NCBI GenBank assembly: GCA_965237805.1
Contig: OZ250153.1
Span: 128,001 to 192,000 of the forward strand
DNA from: Gammaproteobacteria bacterium
Lineage (GTDB): Bacteria > Pseudomonadota > Gammaproteobacteria > JABABF01
Length of the DNA stretch: 64,000 nt
Reading direction: 5' to 3'
Positions within the stretch are counted from its first letter, which is position 1, and each line of letters starts with the position of its first letter. Position numbers and translations under genes: made by a program. The notes below the pieces were generated by a model, which worked only from the letters and a program-made list of their open reading frames with translations, was not told the DNA's origin and searched no databases. Of the stretch, positions 1 through 11,059 are shown one piece after another.

Positions 1-2
1 AC

Positions 3-203
3 CCCTCATCGCTGATCTTGTCCGCAGAGATGATGTTGCGCCACCTCGGTTGGGACGAGGCGGCCGAGCTGATCGTGCGCGGCATCGAGGGAGCCATCGC
101 TGCCAAAACTGTTACCTACGATTTCGAGCGCTTGATGGAAGGTGCCACCAAAGTCAGTTGCTCTGAATTCGGACGGCAGGTCATCGCTCGGATGGGCGAC
201 TAG
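3..203 (+). CDS. icd: NADP-dependent isocitrate dehydrogenase, C-terminal part (gene runs off window start)
   Basis: [17 protein letters not shown]...[11 protein letters not shown]...CSEFG is the conserved C-terminus of dimeric Icd. Confidence 0.95.
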   Translation, partial: PSSLILSAEMMLRHLGWDEAAELIVRGIEGAIAAKTVTYDFERLMEGATKVSCSEFGRQVIARMGD

Positions 204-211
204 CGCATCCG

Positions 212-613
212 GTGTCCGCGCACTTAGGACTCAGATCTCCGTGCGGTACGCAGTCGCCGGAGCACGGCTTGCCGGAGCGCGGTGATGCGCCTCAGGGGCA
301 CATTGATGTACAGGAGCGGAGCAAGCTGTGCCGGCCGCCACTGTATGGTGTGTTGCTACTCAACGACGACTACACACCGATGGAATTCGTCGTCCATGTA
401 CTGCAGAAGTTCTTCTACATGGCGCAGCAGGAAGCGAGCCACATTATGCTACAGGTGCATCGCGAGGGGCGTGGGTTGTGCGGTGTGTTCCCGCGCGATG
501 TGGCGGAGACCTATGTCTCTAGGATCAATCACTACGCACGCAGTAACGACCATCCGTTGCTGTCGGAAGTCGAGGTCAACGACGCTGGTGAGGAAGACGA
601 TGCTGGCGACTGA
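212..613 (+). CDS. clpS: ATP-dependent Clp protease adaptor ClpS
   Basis: [13 protein letters not shown] and MLQVHREG motifs; directly upstream of clpA; exact start uncertain. Confidence 0.95.
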   Translation: MSAHLGLRSPCGTQSPEHGLPERGDAPQGHIDVQERSKLCRPPLYGVLLLNDDYTPMEFVVHVLQKFFYMAQQEASHIMLQVHREGRGLCGVFPRDVAETYVSRINHYARSNDHPLLSEVEVNDAGEEDDAGD

Positions 614-645
614 GCACCGTCGCTCGCCTTAGCTGGATCCCAGCC

Positions 646-2949
646 ATGCCACAACTCAGCCCGAGCCCAGAATTGCAACAAACGCTGCAGAGCTGTTTCC
701 AGACAGCGGGCGAGATGCGCCACGAATATGTCAGCGTCGAGCACTTGGTGCTGTGTCTTTTGAAGGACAAAGATGCTGCCGAGGTGTTGCGTGTTTGCGG
801 CGCGGATATCGAGCAGCTGCGCGCTAAGCTGCAAGATTTCATCACCCGTCATCATCGGGTGCTGGATGCGGATATCCAATACGATCTGCGCCCATCGATG
901 GGTGTGCAGCGCATCCTGAGCCGTGCTGCCATGCATACTCAAGGCGCTGGTCGCGTATCCTTCAACGGAGCAGAAGTGTTGGCCGCAGTGTTCCACGAGG
1001 AGGATAACCACTCCGTTTATCTATTGCGTGAACAGGGCATCGAGCGGGTCAAAGTCACCAGCTATATCGCCCACGGCAATCGCCGCGATACACGCCGTTC
1101 CGCCGATCCCGACAGCACGCGTAGCGAGGTGGCTGAGGGAGAGTCGGGGCCCTTGGAAAAATACACGCGCGACCTTTGCCAAGCAGCACGCGATGGCGCG
1201 CTGGATCCTCTGATCGGACGCGAAGCGGAGCTGCTGCGCATCGAGCAGGTGCTATGCCGCCGCAACAAGAGCAGTCCACTGTTGGTCGGGGAGGTCGGCA
1301 TCGGCAAGACCGCCATCGCCGAGGGCTTGGCCAGTCGCATTGTGGCTGGCGAGGCGACGGCGGCCTTGGCCGACAGCACGGTGTATTCCTTGGATATGGG
1401 AGCCTTGCTTGCGGGAACCCGCTACCGAGGTGATTTCGAGGAGCGATTCAAGGAGCTGAGCGAGGCGCTGCGCACAAGCAAAAATTCCATTTTGTTTATT
1501 GATGAAATCCATACGGTGATCGGTGCAGGCAGTGCCTCTGGTGGTTTTATGGATGCTTCGAATCTTCTCAAACCGATGTTGTCAGGTGGCTTGCGCTGCA
1601 TCGGCGCCACCACTTTCCGTGAATTCCGTGCCATTTTCGAACGCGACCATGCATTGGCACGGCGTTTTCAAAAAATCCAGATCGAGGCTCCCGACAGCGG
1701 ACATAGCTTGAAAATCCTCAAAGGGCTCAAGAGCCACTTTGAGCAGCACCACGCATTGCAGTACACCGATAGCGCATTGCGCGCCGCGGTCGATTTGTCG
1801 GAGCGCTACCTGACGGATCGCTCCTTGCCGGACAAGGCCATCGATGTGATCGACGAGGCGGGTGCTTGGGTGCGCTTGGGACCGAAGTCGCGTCGGCGGC
1901 GTGTCGGTGTGCGCGATATCGAGAGCGTCATCTCCCAGATGGCGGGGGTGCCCACACGCATCGTCGGTGGCAGTGAGCGCCATAAATTACAGCATTTGGC
2001 GACCCAGCTCAAGCTCAGCATCTTCGGTCAAGATCGGGCGATTGCGGCTTTGGTCTCTGCCATCAAATTGGCGCGCACTGGCCTGAAGTCGCGCGAAAAA
2101 ACGATGGGATCCTTTTTGCTTTCTGGACCCACCGGTGTCGGCAAGACGGAGCTGTGTCGCCAGCTGGCGCGCCAGCTCGGTGTCGAGCTGATGCGTTTCG
2201 ATATGTCAGAATATATGGAGCGGCATACGGTTTCGCGCTTGATCGGTGCACCGCCTGGCTATGTCGGCCACGAGCGCGATGGCCTGTTGACCGCAGCGGT
2301 CAGCAAGAACCCCGCCGGTGTGCTGTTGCTCGATGAGATCGAAAAAGCCCATGCCGAGGTGTTCAACCTGCTGTTGCAGGTGATGGATCATGGCAAGCTG
2401 ACCGACAGCAACGGTCGCCAAGCCGACTTCCGCAATCTGATTTTGGTCATGACCACCAATGCCGGGGCGATTGATGCCGCGCGGCCCAGTGTCGGCTTCA
2501 CCGAACAGAGCCACTTGGAGGAACCCGATCGCGCCATCGAGCGCTTGTTCAGCCCAGAGTTCCGCAATCGGCTCGATGCCGTCGTGCGCTTTGTGCCGCT
2601 GAGCCCTGCGGTGATTACCAGTGTGGTCGAGAAATTCCTAGCCGAACTGCAAGCGCGGCTCGACGAGCGCATGATCACTTTGGATGTCGATGAGACGGCG
2701 CGAGCTTGGTTGGCCGAGCGAGGCTACGATCCGACGATGGGTGCCCGGCCGATGGAACGTCTGATACGCGAGCAGATCGCGACACCGCTAGCGGAACAAC
2801 TGGTGGAATTGCCGCCGGGACAAGCGCGCGTGGCTCAGCTGCGTGTGTCGGCGGATCGGCGCGATCTCGTCTTGCTATTGCGCTCGTCCGCTGATGATGA
2901 TAGCGTGACCGATGCCAGTTTGCATCGCCCCACCGAAGCGATCGAATAG
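646..2949 (+). CDS. clpA: ATP-dependent Clp protease ATP-binding subunit ClpA
   Basis: Clp N domain (RHEYVSVEHL), two AAA+ modules (GEVGIGKT, GPTGVGKT), RFDMSEY, 767 aa, follows clpS. Confidence 0.96.
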   Translation: MPQLSPSPELQQTLQSCFQTAGEMRHEYVSVEHLVLCLLKDKDAAEVLRVCGADIEQLRAKLQDFITRHHRVLDADIQYDLRPSMGVQRILSRAAMHTQGAGRVSFNGAEVLAAVFHEEDNHSVYLLREQGIERVKVTSYIAHGNRRDTRRSADPDSTRSEVAEGESGPLEKYTRDLCQAARDGALDPLIGREAELLRIEQVLCRRNKSSPLLVGEVGIGKTAIAEGLASRIVAGEATAALADSTVYSLDMGALLAGTRYRGDFEERFKELSEALRTSKNSILFIDEIHTVIGAGSASGGFMDASNLLKPMLSGGLRCIGATTFREFRAIFERDHALARRFQKIQIEAPDSGHSLKILKGLKSHFEQHHALQYTDSALRAAVDLSERYLTDRSLPDKAIDVIDEAGAWVRLGPKSRRRRVGVRDIESVISQMAGVPTRIVGGSERHKLQHLATQLKLSIFGQDRAIAALVSAIKLARTGLKSREKTMGSFLLSGPTGVGKTELCRQLARQLGVELMRFDMSEYMERHTVSRLIGAPPGYVGHERDGLLTAAVSKNPAGVLLLDEIEKAHAEVFNLLLQVMDHGKLTDSNGRQADFRNLILVMTTNAGAIDAARPSVGFTEQSHLEEPDRAIERLFSPEFRNRLDAVVRFVPLSPAVITSVVEKFLAELQARLDERMITLDVDETARAWLAERGYDPTMGARPMERLIREQIATPLAEQLVELPPGQARVAQLRVSADRRDLVLLLRSSADDDSVTDASLHRPTEAIE

Positions 2950-3009
2950 AGGGTATCGGCCCGGGCTCTGTTTACAGACCTCCCCAGCTATTGTCTCTGG
3001 AGGACTGAT

Positions 3010-3228
3010 TTATTGTTCGCGGTAGACGATGCGCCCCTTGCTCAGGTCGTACGGCGACACTTCGACGCGCACTTTATCGCCGGTCAGAATGCGGATGTAG
3101 TGCTTGCGAATGCGCCCTGAGATATGGGCTATGACCTTGTGTCCGTTTTCCAACTGGACGCGGAAAGTCGTATTCGGTAGGGTATCGATGACCTCTCCCA
3201 TCATTTCGATATAACCATCTTTGGACAT
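3010..3228 (-). CDS. infA: Translation initiation factor IF-1
   Basis: 72 aa, [14 protein letters not shown]...[19 protein letters not shown]. Confidence 0.98.
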   Translation of the reverse strand: MSKDGYIEMMGEVIDTLPNTTFRVQLENGHKVIAHISGRIRKHYIRILTGDKVRVEVSPYDLSKGRIVYREQ

Positions 3229-3244
3229 GGTCTTGCTCTACCGC

Positions 3245-3772
3245 TCAGCCATTTTTGCCGAGCATGGCCATCAGCCGCGCTTTGGTCGGCACCACCCAAT
3301 TTTCACGCAGAGCTGGTGACAACAGATCGATCGCGTCCAGTTCGTCACACAGCCACATCTGGTGTGCCAAGTCGAATAGATCCAGCTGTTCGCAGATCTT
3401 TAAATCGTCGTCGAAGCGCAGAAAAGAGATGCCGGGTGTCTCATAATAACTGCCGTCTTCTTTCCGACCCGGGCCACGGTTCATCCAGTGGGTGATGACG
3501 CGGTTTTGATCCGCCACATAGACACCGATATAGGGGAAAGACCAACCCTCCCATCCGTGTTGCATATCGCGCCCATAATGGGTCGTTTTAATGTCCTCGA
3601 TGCCGCGAGCCTGCACCAACATGGTGCCAGCATACTCGCAGCTGTAGACGCAGTCTGTGGCATATAGCTCGTCGACGAAAAAAGTCCACTCGTTGCGTTG
3701 CTCGGCCTCGGCGTGGCAACGGATTAAGTGGTTGGTGCGCTCACGCAACTGCTCGTGGGAATGCTCTATCAT
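3245..3772 (-). CDS. SnoaL-like / NTF2-family protein
   Basis: ELYATDCVY...ARGIEDIK pattern typical of the NTF2/SnoaL fold; resembles the 33091-33585 product. Confidence 0.7.
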   Translation of the reverse strand: MIEHSHEQLRERTNHLIRCHAEAEQRNEWTFFVDELYATDCVYSCEYAGTMLVQARGIEDIKTTHYGRDMQHGWEGWSFPYIGVYVADQNRVITHWMNRGPGRKEDGSYYETPGISFLRFDDDLKICEQLDLFDLAHQMWLCDELDAIDLLSPALRENWVVPTKARLMAMLGKNG

Positions 3773-3852
3773 TCGTGCGCCACCTGTGCTGCCCAGTCAA
3801 TCATGCACTTCAGTGTACACCACCGCGGGGCGAGCGCGACGGTGCCCGTCCC

Positions 3853-4815
<963 letters not shown>

Positions 4816-4904
4816 TCACCGTCAACTGCTACGGCATTCTAAGGCACGCCCTCGGCAGCCTGATAAGTGGCCTAAAATAGTGCGGCAACTGAGGATGGTT
4901 ATAT

Positions 4905-7388
4905 ATGGAGCAGGAGCCGTTGGTGCCGGCTGAGAGCGATCGGCACGGCCTCCACTGGCGGCGTGAATTATTGCCGCTGGCGCTCGCTGTAGCCGCCTGC
5001 TATCTGCTGGCGGCGATGCTGAGTTACACGCCGTCCGATCCGGCGTGGACCACCAGCGGTAGCGGTGGTGGCCCGATTGGCAATTGGGGGGGGCCAGCTG
5101 GCGCTTGGTTGGTCGATGTGTTGTTCCACACTTTTGGCCAAGTCTCTTATTTGTTGGCGGTGGCACTGCTGGGTGTCAGCTATCAGCTGTTGCGCGGCGG
5201 CAGTTGGCGCTGGCATGGCATGGCGGGGCGCAGCTTGGCACTGGTGGTGTTTCTGTGCACGAGCTGTGCCCTCGCCGCGTTGGTGGCGGGGGAAATTGCA
5301 CCGGTAGCAGGTGGCGGCATGGCTCAGCTATTTGGTCCGCCGCAGGCTTTTTGCTCAGCGGTCGAAGGACCTTTGCCCTGTGGTGCTGGCGGCTTTGTGG
5401 GCTTGGAACTAGGGCGACGGGTGGCGGGTAGCTTTGGCGGTTTCGGGGCGCGTTTGTTGCTGTCCGCTGCCGCACTGCTGAGCCTGTCTTGGGTCGCACA
5501 CTTGTCTTGGTTGGCGACCACTGCGCGTAGTGGCGATTGGTTGCGGCGTGCGCTGGGTGCCGTGCTGGCCTGCGCTGCCCGCTTGGCGCTTTGGCTGGCT
5601 ACAGTCGGTCGGCGCGCGGGCACCTCACTGTGGACTGTGTTGCGTTACCGCAGCGGGCGGCTCATCGCCGCAGCGACCGCTCTCAAGCGGGTGTCGTCAG
5701 CTGTGCCGACACCAGTGACGGTGGCGCATTCGGACGATGCCGCGCCGCCATCCCCGTCATCGCCCGCGCCCCATCTCAGCACGGCAGCGATGCCGCCGGT
5801 AGCGCCAGTGCCAGCACGTCGCCCACCCGCCAAGGTGGCGCAGCGGGTCAAAGCGGGGGGCATGCCCTCCATCGAGTTGCTGGATCAGAGCAAAATCAAA
5901 GAGGATGTAGCTATCAGACGCGAGGAGTTGGCGGCGCTGGGTCAGCGCCTAGAGGGGCGCCTGAGTGATTTTGGCATCAGTGCCGAGGTGGTGTCGATCC
6001 ACCCGGGGCCGGTGATCACGCGCTTTGAAATCCGTCCGGCGGCAGGTATCAAAGTCAGCCGTATCAGTGCGTTGGCAAAGGATTTGGCGCGTTCGCTGGC
6101 GGTCATCAGTGTGCGTGTCGTCGAAGTGATTCCCGGGAAGTCGGTGGTCGGTATTGAGGTGCCCAACGAGCACCGCCAGCTGGTCACCTTGCACGATGTG
6201 TTGGCCTCGTCGGTCTGGCGCGAGTCGACCGCACCGCTGAGCTTTGCGCTCGGACACGACATCTCTGGGCGACCGGTGGTGGTCGATCTAAGCAAGATGC
6301 CGCACCTGCTGGTGGCGGGCACCACTGGCGCTGGTAAATCGGTGGGCATCAATGCCATGCTGCTCAGCCTGCTGCTCAAATCGCCGCCCGAACAAGTGCG
6401 CCTGATCTTGGTCGATCCAAAAATGCTTGAGCTGGCAGTCTATGAAGGCATCCCGCACCTGTTGACGCCGGTGATCACCGATATGAAAGACGCCGCCCGC
6501 GGCCTGCGCTGGTGTGTCGCCGAAATGGAGCGTCGCTATCAGCTGATGGCCGCGCTGGGTGTGCGCAATATGGATGGCTACAATCGCCGTGTGCGACAGG
6601 CGTTGGAGGCGGGTCAAGCCATGCACTTGGGGAGCGACGGCGTGTTGCTAGAGCACGACGACGAAGCGCTGGTGCCACCAGAGGAACTGTCCGCCGCGCT
6701 GGAGCCATTGCCTTTCATTGTTGTTGTCATCGACGAATTCGCCGATATGATGATGATCGTCGGCAAAAAAGTCGAGCAGCTGATCGCCCGCATCGCTCAG
6801 AAAGCACGAGCTGCTGGTATTCATCTGGTCTTGGCGACTCAGCGCCCCTCGGTTGATGTCATCACCGGCTTGATCAAAGCCAATATTCCCTCGCGCATCG
6901 CCTACCAAGTGCCGGCCAAGGTCGATGCGCGCACGATCATGGATCAGGCTGGTGCCGAGCAGCTGCTGGGGCATGGCGATATGCTCTACCTGCCAGCTGG
7001 TGGTAGCGTGCCGATGCGTGTGCACGGTGCCTTCGTTGCGGACGATGAAGTGCACCGAGTGGTAGCAGTTTGGAAAAAACAAAGTGAATCCAATTATTTA
7101 TCCGAAGTGCTTGAAGGTGTTATGCATGAAAATACAGGCGACTTCTCGTTGCCGGATAGCCGTGACGGTGGCTCCGAGAATGACGCAGCTGATCCGCTCT
7201 ACGATCAGGCGCTGAGCTTTGTCGTCTCATCGCGGCGCGGCTCGATCTCGGCCGTACAGCGCAAATTGCGCATTGGCTACAACCGTGCTGCCCGTCTGCT
7301 CGAAACCATGGAGCAGACAGGCGTGGTCAGCGCGATGGAGAGCAACGGCAGCCGCGAAGTATTGGCACCGGAGCCGCAGGAGGATTAG
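4905..7388 (+). CDS. ftsK: DNA translocase FtsK
   Basis: N-terminal TM region, Pro-rich linker, [33 protein letters not shown], gamma domain [14 protein letters not shown]. Confidence 0.97.
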   Translation: MEQEPLVPAESDRHGLHWRRELLPLALAVAACYLLAAMLSYTPSDPAWTTSGSGGGPIGNWGGPAGAWLVDVLFHTFGQVSYLLAVALLGVSYQLLRGGSWRWHGMAGRSLALVVFLCTSCALAALVAGEIAPVAGGGMAQLFGPPQAFCSAVEGPLPCGAGGFVGLELGRRVAGSFGGFGARLLLSAAALLSLSWVAHLSWLATTARSGDWLRRALGAVLACAARLALWLATVGRRAGTSLWTVLRYRSGRLIAAATALKRVSSAVPTPVTVAHSDDAAPPSPSSPAPHLSTAAMPPVAPVPARRPPAKVAQRVKAGGMPSIELLDQSKIKEDVAIRREELAALGQRLEGRLSDFGISAEVVSIHPGPVITRFEIRPAAGIKVSRISALAKDLARSLAVISVRVVEVIPGKSVVGIEVPNEHRQLVTLHDVLASSVWRESTAPLSFALGHDISGRPVVVDLSKMPHLLVAGTTGAGKSVGINAMLLSLLLKSPPEQVRLILVDPKMLELAVYEGIPHLLTPVITDMKDAARGLRWCVAEMERRYQLMAALGVRNMDGYNRRVRQALEAGQAMHLGSDGVLLEHDDEALVPPEELSAALEPLPFIVVVIDEFADMMMIVGKKVEQLIARIAQKARAAGIHLVLATQRPSVDVITGLIKANIPSRIAYQVPAKVDARTIMDQAGAEQLLGHGDMLYLPAGGSVPMRVHGAFVADDEVHRVVAVWKKQSESNYLSEVLEGVMHENTGDFSLPDSRDGGSENDAADPLYDQALSFVVSSRRGSISAVQRKLRIGYNRAARLLETMEQTGVVSAMESNGSREVLAPEPQED

Positions 7389-7391
7389 CCA

Positions 7392-8039
7392 GTGTTGCGT
7401 TATTTGTTGATCAGCGCAGCGCTACTCGCCGTCGGGCCAGCGCAGCTGCGCGCTGGCGAGGGCGAGGGCGAGGGGCTACGCAGTTGCTTGGCAGCCACCC
7501 GCAGCCTGTCGGCGAATTTCAGCCAAAGCAGCCAGGAGTCGGGCGATAGTTTGCCGCTGCAGCTGGAGGGGCGGCTCTATCTGCGCACGCCGCATGATGT
7601 GCGCTGGGATATCTTGCGGCCGTACCGCGAATCGTTGCTCTACAACGGCAGCGAGCTGTGGCACCACGAGCAGGATTTGGAGCAGCTGAGCATTCAGGCA
7701 CTGAGCCCGTCAGAAGTGCCGTTGCTGTTGTTGCTCGACCCAGAGCGCAGCGATTGGCAAAGCCGCTTTGCCGTGCGCAGGGAAGTAGAGGGCACTGCTG
7801 TCAGCTACCATATCACCCCGCATCCAGTCGAGACGGAGCAGGCTGTGCACAGCGCGCTTTTCTCCGTTCTGCGCGCTGATTTCAAGGACTGCAGGCCGCG
7901 TGCAGTCTGGTGGCGCGATGGTCTAGGGCGCGAGACGCTGATCGAACTGAGCCAGCTGCGGGTCAATCCGCGCTTGTCCGATAAGCGCTTCCGTTTGCGT
8001 GTGCCACCGGACACCGATGTGTTGCGAGCCGAACCTTGA
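7392..8039 (+). CDS. lolA: Outer-membrane lipoprotein carrier LolA
   Basis: Signal peptide, SLSANFSQ, RWD..PY, LWHHEQDLEQ, F.LRVPPDTDV; located between ftsK and rarA. Confidence 0.85.
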   Translation: MLRYLLISAALLAVGPAQLRAGEGEGEGLRSCLAATRSLSANFSQSSQESGDSLPLQLEGRLYLRTPHDVRWDILRPYRESLLYNGSELWHHEQDLEQLSIQALSPSEVPLLLLLDPERSDWQSRFAVRREVEGTAVSYHITPHPVETEQAVHSALFSVLRADFKDCRPRAVWWRDGLGRETLIELSQLRVNPRLSDKRFRLRVPPDTDVLRAEP

Positions 8040-9379
8040 GCGGCGAGCTCTTTGGCAATGACCCGGTTGTGGCGGCGGTGCCGCTGGCGGAGCAGATGCG
8101 CCCCCAGCGGCTGTCCGAAGTCTATGGTCAGGAGCAGCTGCTGGCGGCGGGTTGTCCACTACACGAGCTCAGATTGGCACAGGGTTTGCACTCAATGGTA
8201 CTGTGGGGGCCGCCGGGCAGCGGCAAGACCACCATCGCCCGCTTGGCGTCGGCCTGTGCTGCAGCCGAGTTGATTGCATTGCCAGCGGTGCACTGTGGCA
8301 GCGCCGAGATTCGCCATGCAACCGAAAAAGCGCGCCTACGCTTGCGGCAAGGAGGGGGGCGCAGCGTGCTATTCGTCGATGAAGTGCATTGCCTCAATCG
8401 CGTCCAACAGAATATTTTCCTGCCGATCATCGAGGATGGCACGATTATCTTGATTGGCGCGACCACCGAGAATCCGGCTTTCGCACTGATCAACGCGCTG
8501 TTATCGCGGCTTCAGCTGCATGTATTGCAGCCACTGTCCGAAGACAGTTTGTTGCAGCTGTTGCGGCGTGCCGCCGAACGCTTGCGCTCGGAAGGGCGGG
8601 TGCTTGCGCACGGCGATGAGGCACTGCTCGGAGCCATCGCTGCCGCCGCAGACGGCGATGCACGGCGTGCGCTGAACCTGCTTGAGCAACTGCAAACATT
8701 GCCTCCGGATGACGACTCTGGGCGGCGCTTAGCCCAGCTGGTGGCGGCTCGCCCACCACAGGGCGACCGTCACGGCGATTTGTTCTACGAGCAGATTTCG
8801 GCACTGCACAAGGCGCTGCGCGGCAGTGACCCAGATGCCTCGTTGTTTTGGTTGGCGCGCATGTTAGAGAGTGGCTGTGATCCGCTCTACATCGCCAGAC
8901 GCTTGTTGCGCATGGCCAGCGAAGATATTGGCAACGCCGATCCCCGGGCACTGCAGTTGGCGCTGTGTGCTTGGCAGACCCAAGAGCGTTTGGGGAGTCC
9001 AGAGGGCGAGTTGGCGCTGGCGCAAGCGGTTGTTTTTCTCGCCTGTGCGCCCAAAAGCAATGCGGTGTACCGCGCCTTTGACGCCGCCCGTGCGGCAGTG
9101 CGTCGCCACTCTGCAGCCGCTGTGCCGATGCGTCTGCGCAATGCTTCGACTCGGCTGGCCGCACGGCTCGGCCACGGTGCTGGCTACCGTTATCCACATG
9201 ATGAGCCGGGTGCCCACGCGTCGGGCGAACACTATTTCCCAGACGAGATGTCGGCCGAGCTGTACTACCATCCCAGCGATCGCGGCCTTGAGGCGCGTAT
9301 CGCCGAGCGATTGGCACATTGGCGTGGGGCGGTGCGCGAGAGCGAGCGACCGGGCACAGCCCGAGCGGGGCAGCGGTGA
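8036..9379 (+). CDS. rarA: Replication-associated recombination protein A (MgsA/RarA)
   Basis: PLAEQMRP, LWGPPGSGKTT, GATTENP, ISALHKALRGSDPDA, ASEDIGNADP. Confidence 0.95.
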   Translation: MSGELFGNDPVVAAVPLAEQMRPQRLSEVYGQEQLLAAGCPLHELRLAQGLHSMVLWGPPGSGKTTIARLASACAAAELIALPAVHCGSAEIRHATEKARLRLRQGGGRSVLFVDEVHCLNRVQQNIFLPIIEDGTIILIGATTENPAFALINALLSRLQLHVLQPLSEDSLLQLLRRAAERLRSEGRVLAHGDEALLGAIAAAADGDARRALNLLEQLQTLPPDDDSGRRLAQLVAARPPQGDRHGDLFYEQISALHKALRGSDPDASLFWLARMLESGCDPLYIARRLLRMASEDIGNADPRALQLALCAWQTQERLGSPEGELALAQAVVFLACAPKSNAVYRAFDAARAAVRRHSAAAVPMRLRNASTRLAARLGHGAGYRYPHDEPGAHASGEHYFPDEMSAELYYHPSDRGLEARIAERLAHWRGAVRESERPGTARAGQR

Positions 9380-9734
9380 GTGCGCTATCGGTCGTGGCGG
9401 TTGCCGCTGGCGGTGCCGTCAGCCGTTGGTTGCTATTGCAGAGCATGCCGCACTGCCGCTGGGCGTGCTCAGCGGCGATGCCACCGGTTGCTTGGCGGCC
9501 GGTTTTCTATTCGTGTTGATCGAAGAGCGCATGGTGCTGCCACCGCTGTGGCGTGAGGCCTTGTTGCTCGGTGTCCTCGGCGCTTTCACCACTTTTTCTG
9601 GATTCACGCTGGAGCTGTGGTGCCTATTGCAGGATGTTGGCTGGGGGGCGGCGCTGTGACAGCTGTTGCTCAGCCTTGTGTTGTGCTTGGCGGCGACGCT
9701 AGCTGGCATCGCTTTGGCGCACACTCTCTGCTAA
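9376..9734 (+). pseudogene. crcB: Degraded fluoride exporter Fluc/CrcB (frameshift plus internal stop)
   Basis: GTG at 9376 gives VAVAAGGAVSRW. A second frame gives LPLGVL...GVLGAFTTFSGF, then TGA at 9657-9659, then QLLLSLVLCLAATLAG. Canonical rarA-crcB-serS position. Confidence 0.85.
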
Positions 9735-9747
9735 AGCGGTATTTGGC

Positions 9748-11046
9748 ATGCTCGATCTAAAACAACTGCGCGACGCGCCAGTGGAGGTGGCGAAGCGCCT
9801 CGCCGAGCGCGGCCACACGCTGGACATAGCGGCCTTTACGGCGCTCGATACCGAGCGGCGACAGGCGGATATCGCCAGCCAGCAAATGCAGGCTGAGCGC
9901 CGCAGCACATCGAAGCACATCGGCGACTTGGTGCGCGGCGGCATGTCGGCGCAGGAGGCGCGACAGAGCCAAGAGGCGACGCTGCAAAAAATTGCCAGTC
10001 AACTCGAGCAACTCGAGGCTCGCAGTCGCGAATTAAATGGCCAGATCGAACGCTTCATTGCCCTCATCCCAAATCCACCGCATACGCAGACCCCCGACGG
10101 TCTGGCCGAGGAGGACAACCCCGAAGTGCTGCGCTGGGGCGAGCCGCGCCTCTCTGACGATGGCTTGCGCGACCATATCAGCTTGGGCGGGGAGGGGGCA
10201 CTCAATCTTGAGCGCGCCGCCGTTTTGGCTGGTTCCCGCTTTGCTGTGCTTGAGGGGGTACTCGCACGCCTGCACCGTGCGCTCAGCCAATTGATGCTGG
10301 ATCTGCATACTGAAGAGCACGGCTATCGCGAGCTCTATGTACCCTATTTGGCCAATGCCGAATCGCTGTTCGGCACCGGCCAGCTGCCGAAATTCGAAGA
10401 CGAACTGTTCCGCACGCGGGGGAGGGACGGTTATTACCTGATCCCCACTGGCGAGGTGCCGCTGGCCAATATGTTGCGCGACTGCATTCTGAAACCACAA
10501 CAGATCGCCACGCCGCTGCGCTACACTTGCCACAGCCCCTGTTTTCGCCGCGAGGCTGGCAGCTACGGCCGCGATGTCCGCGGCCTGATTCGCCAACATC
10601 AATTCGACAAAGTCGAACTGGTACAAGTGGCGCGTGCCGAAGATGCCTCGGCGGCGCTGGAGGATATGTGCACCCACGCCGAGGAAGTGTTGCGCCGCTT
10701 GGAGCTGCCTTACCGCAAGGTGGTTTTGTGCGCTGGCGAATTGAGTTTCGCCGCCTGTCGCGGCTACGATCTCGAGGTATGGATGGCGGCCAGCGCTCGC
10801 TATAGGGAAATCTCCTCGTGTAGCGACTGCGGCGACTTTCAAGCGCGGCGACTGATGGCTCGCTGGCGAGATCCCGAGCGCGGTGACTTGGCCTATCTGC
10901 ATACGCTGAACGGTTCTGGTGTCGCCGTCGGACGGTGTTTGGCGGCGTTGATGGAACAACATCAGCGTGCCGATGGCAGTATCGCGGTACCGGTTGCGCT
11001 GCGCCGCTATATGGGCGGTGCCGACAGCATCCGACCGGGCGACTGA
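9748..11046 (+). CDS. serS: Serine--tRNA ligase
   Basis: LIPTGEVP, FRREAGSYGRD.RGLIRQHQFDKVE, YREISSCS, HTLNGSG. Confidence 0.98.
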   Translation: MLDLKQLRDAPVEVAKRLAERGHTLDIAAFTALDTERRQADIASQQMQAERRSTSKHIGDLVRGGMSAQEARQSQEATLQKIASQLEQLEARSRELNGQIERFIALIPNPPHTQTPDGLAEEDNPEVLRWGEPRLSDDGLRDHISLGGEGALNLERAAVLAGSRFAVLEGVLARLHRALSQLMLDLHTEEHGYRELYVPYLANAESLFGTGQLPKFEDELFRTRGRDGYYLIPTGEVPLANMLRDCILKPQQIATPLRYTCHSPCFRREAGSYGRDVRGLIRQHQFDKVELVQVARAEDASAALEDMCTHAEEVLRRLELPYRKVVLCAGELSFAACRGYDLEVWMAASARYREISSCSDCGDFQARRLMARWRDPERGDLAYLHTLNGSGVAVGRCLAALMEQHQRADGSIAVPVALRRYMGGADSIRPGD

Positions 11047-11059
11047 CAGGCGGTTCGCG

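Noticed and set aside
9657-9659. TGA in crcB as selenocysteine or programmed readthrough
   Set aside because: Not a Cys position, and it accompanies a frameshift and motif loss; TGA is a normal stop in neighbouring genes.
8490-10962. Long minus-strand ORFs 8490-9446 and 10033-10962
   Set aside because: Antisense to rarA and serS, with low-complexity translations.
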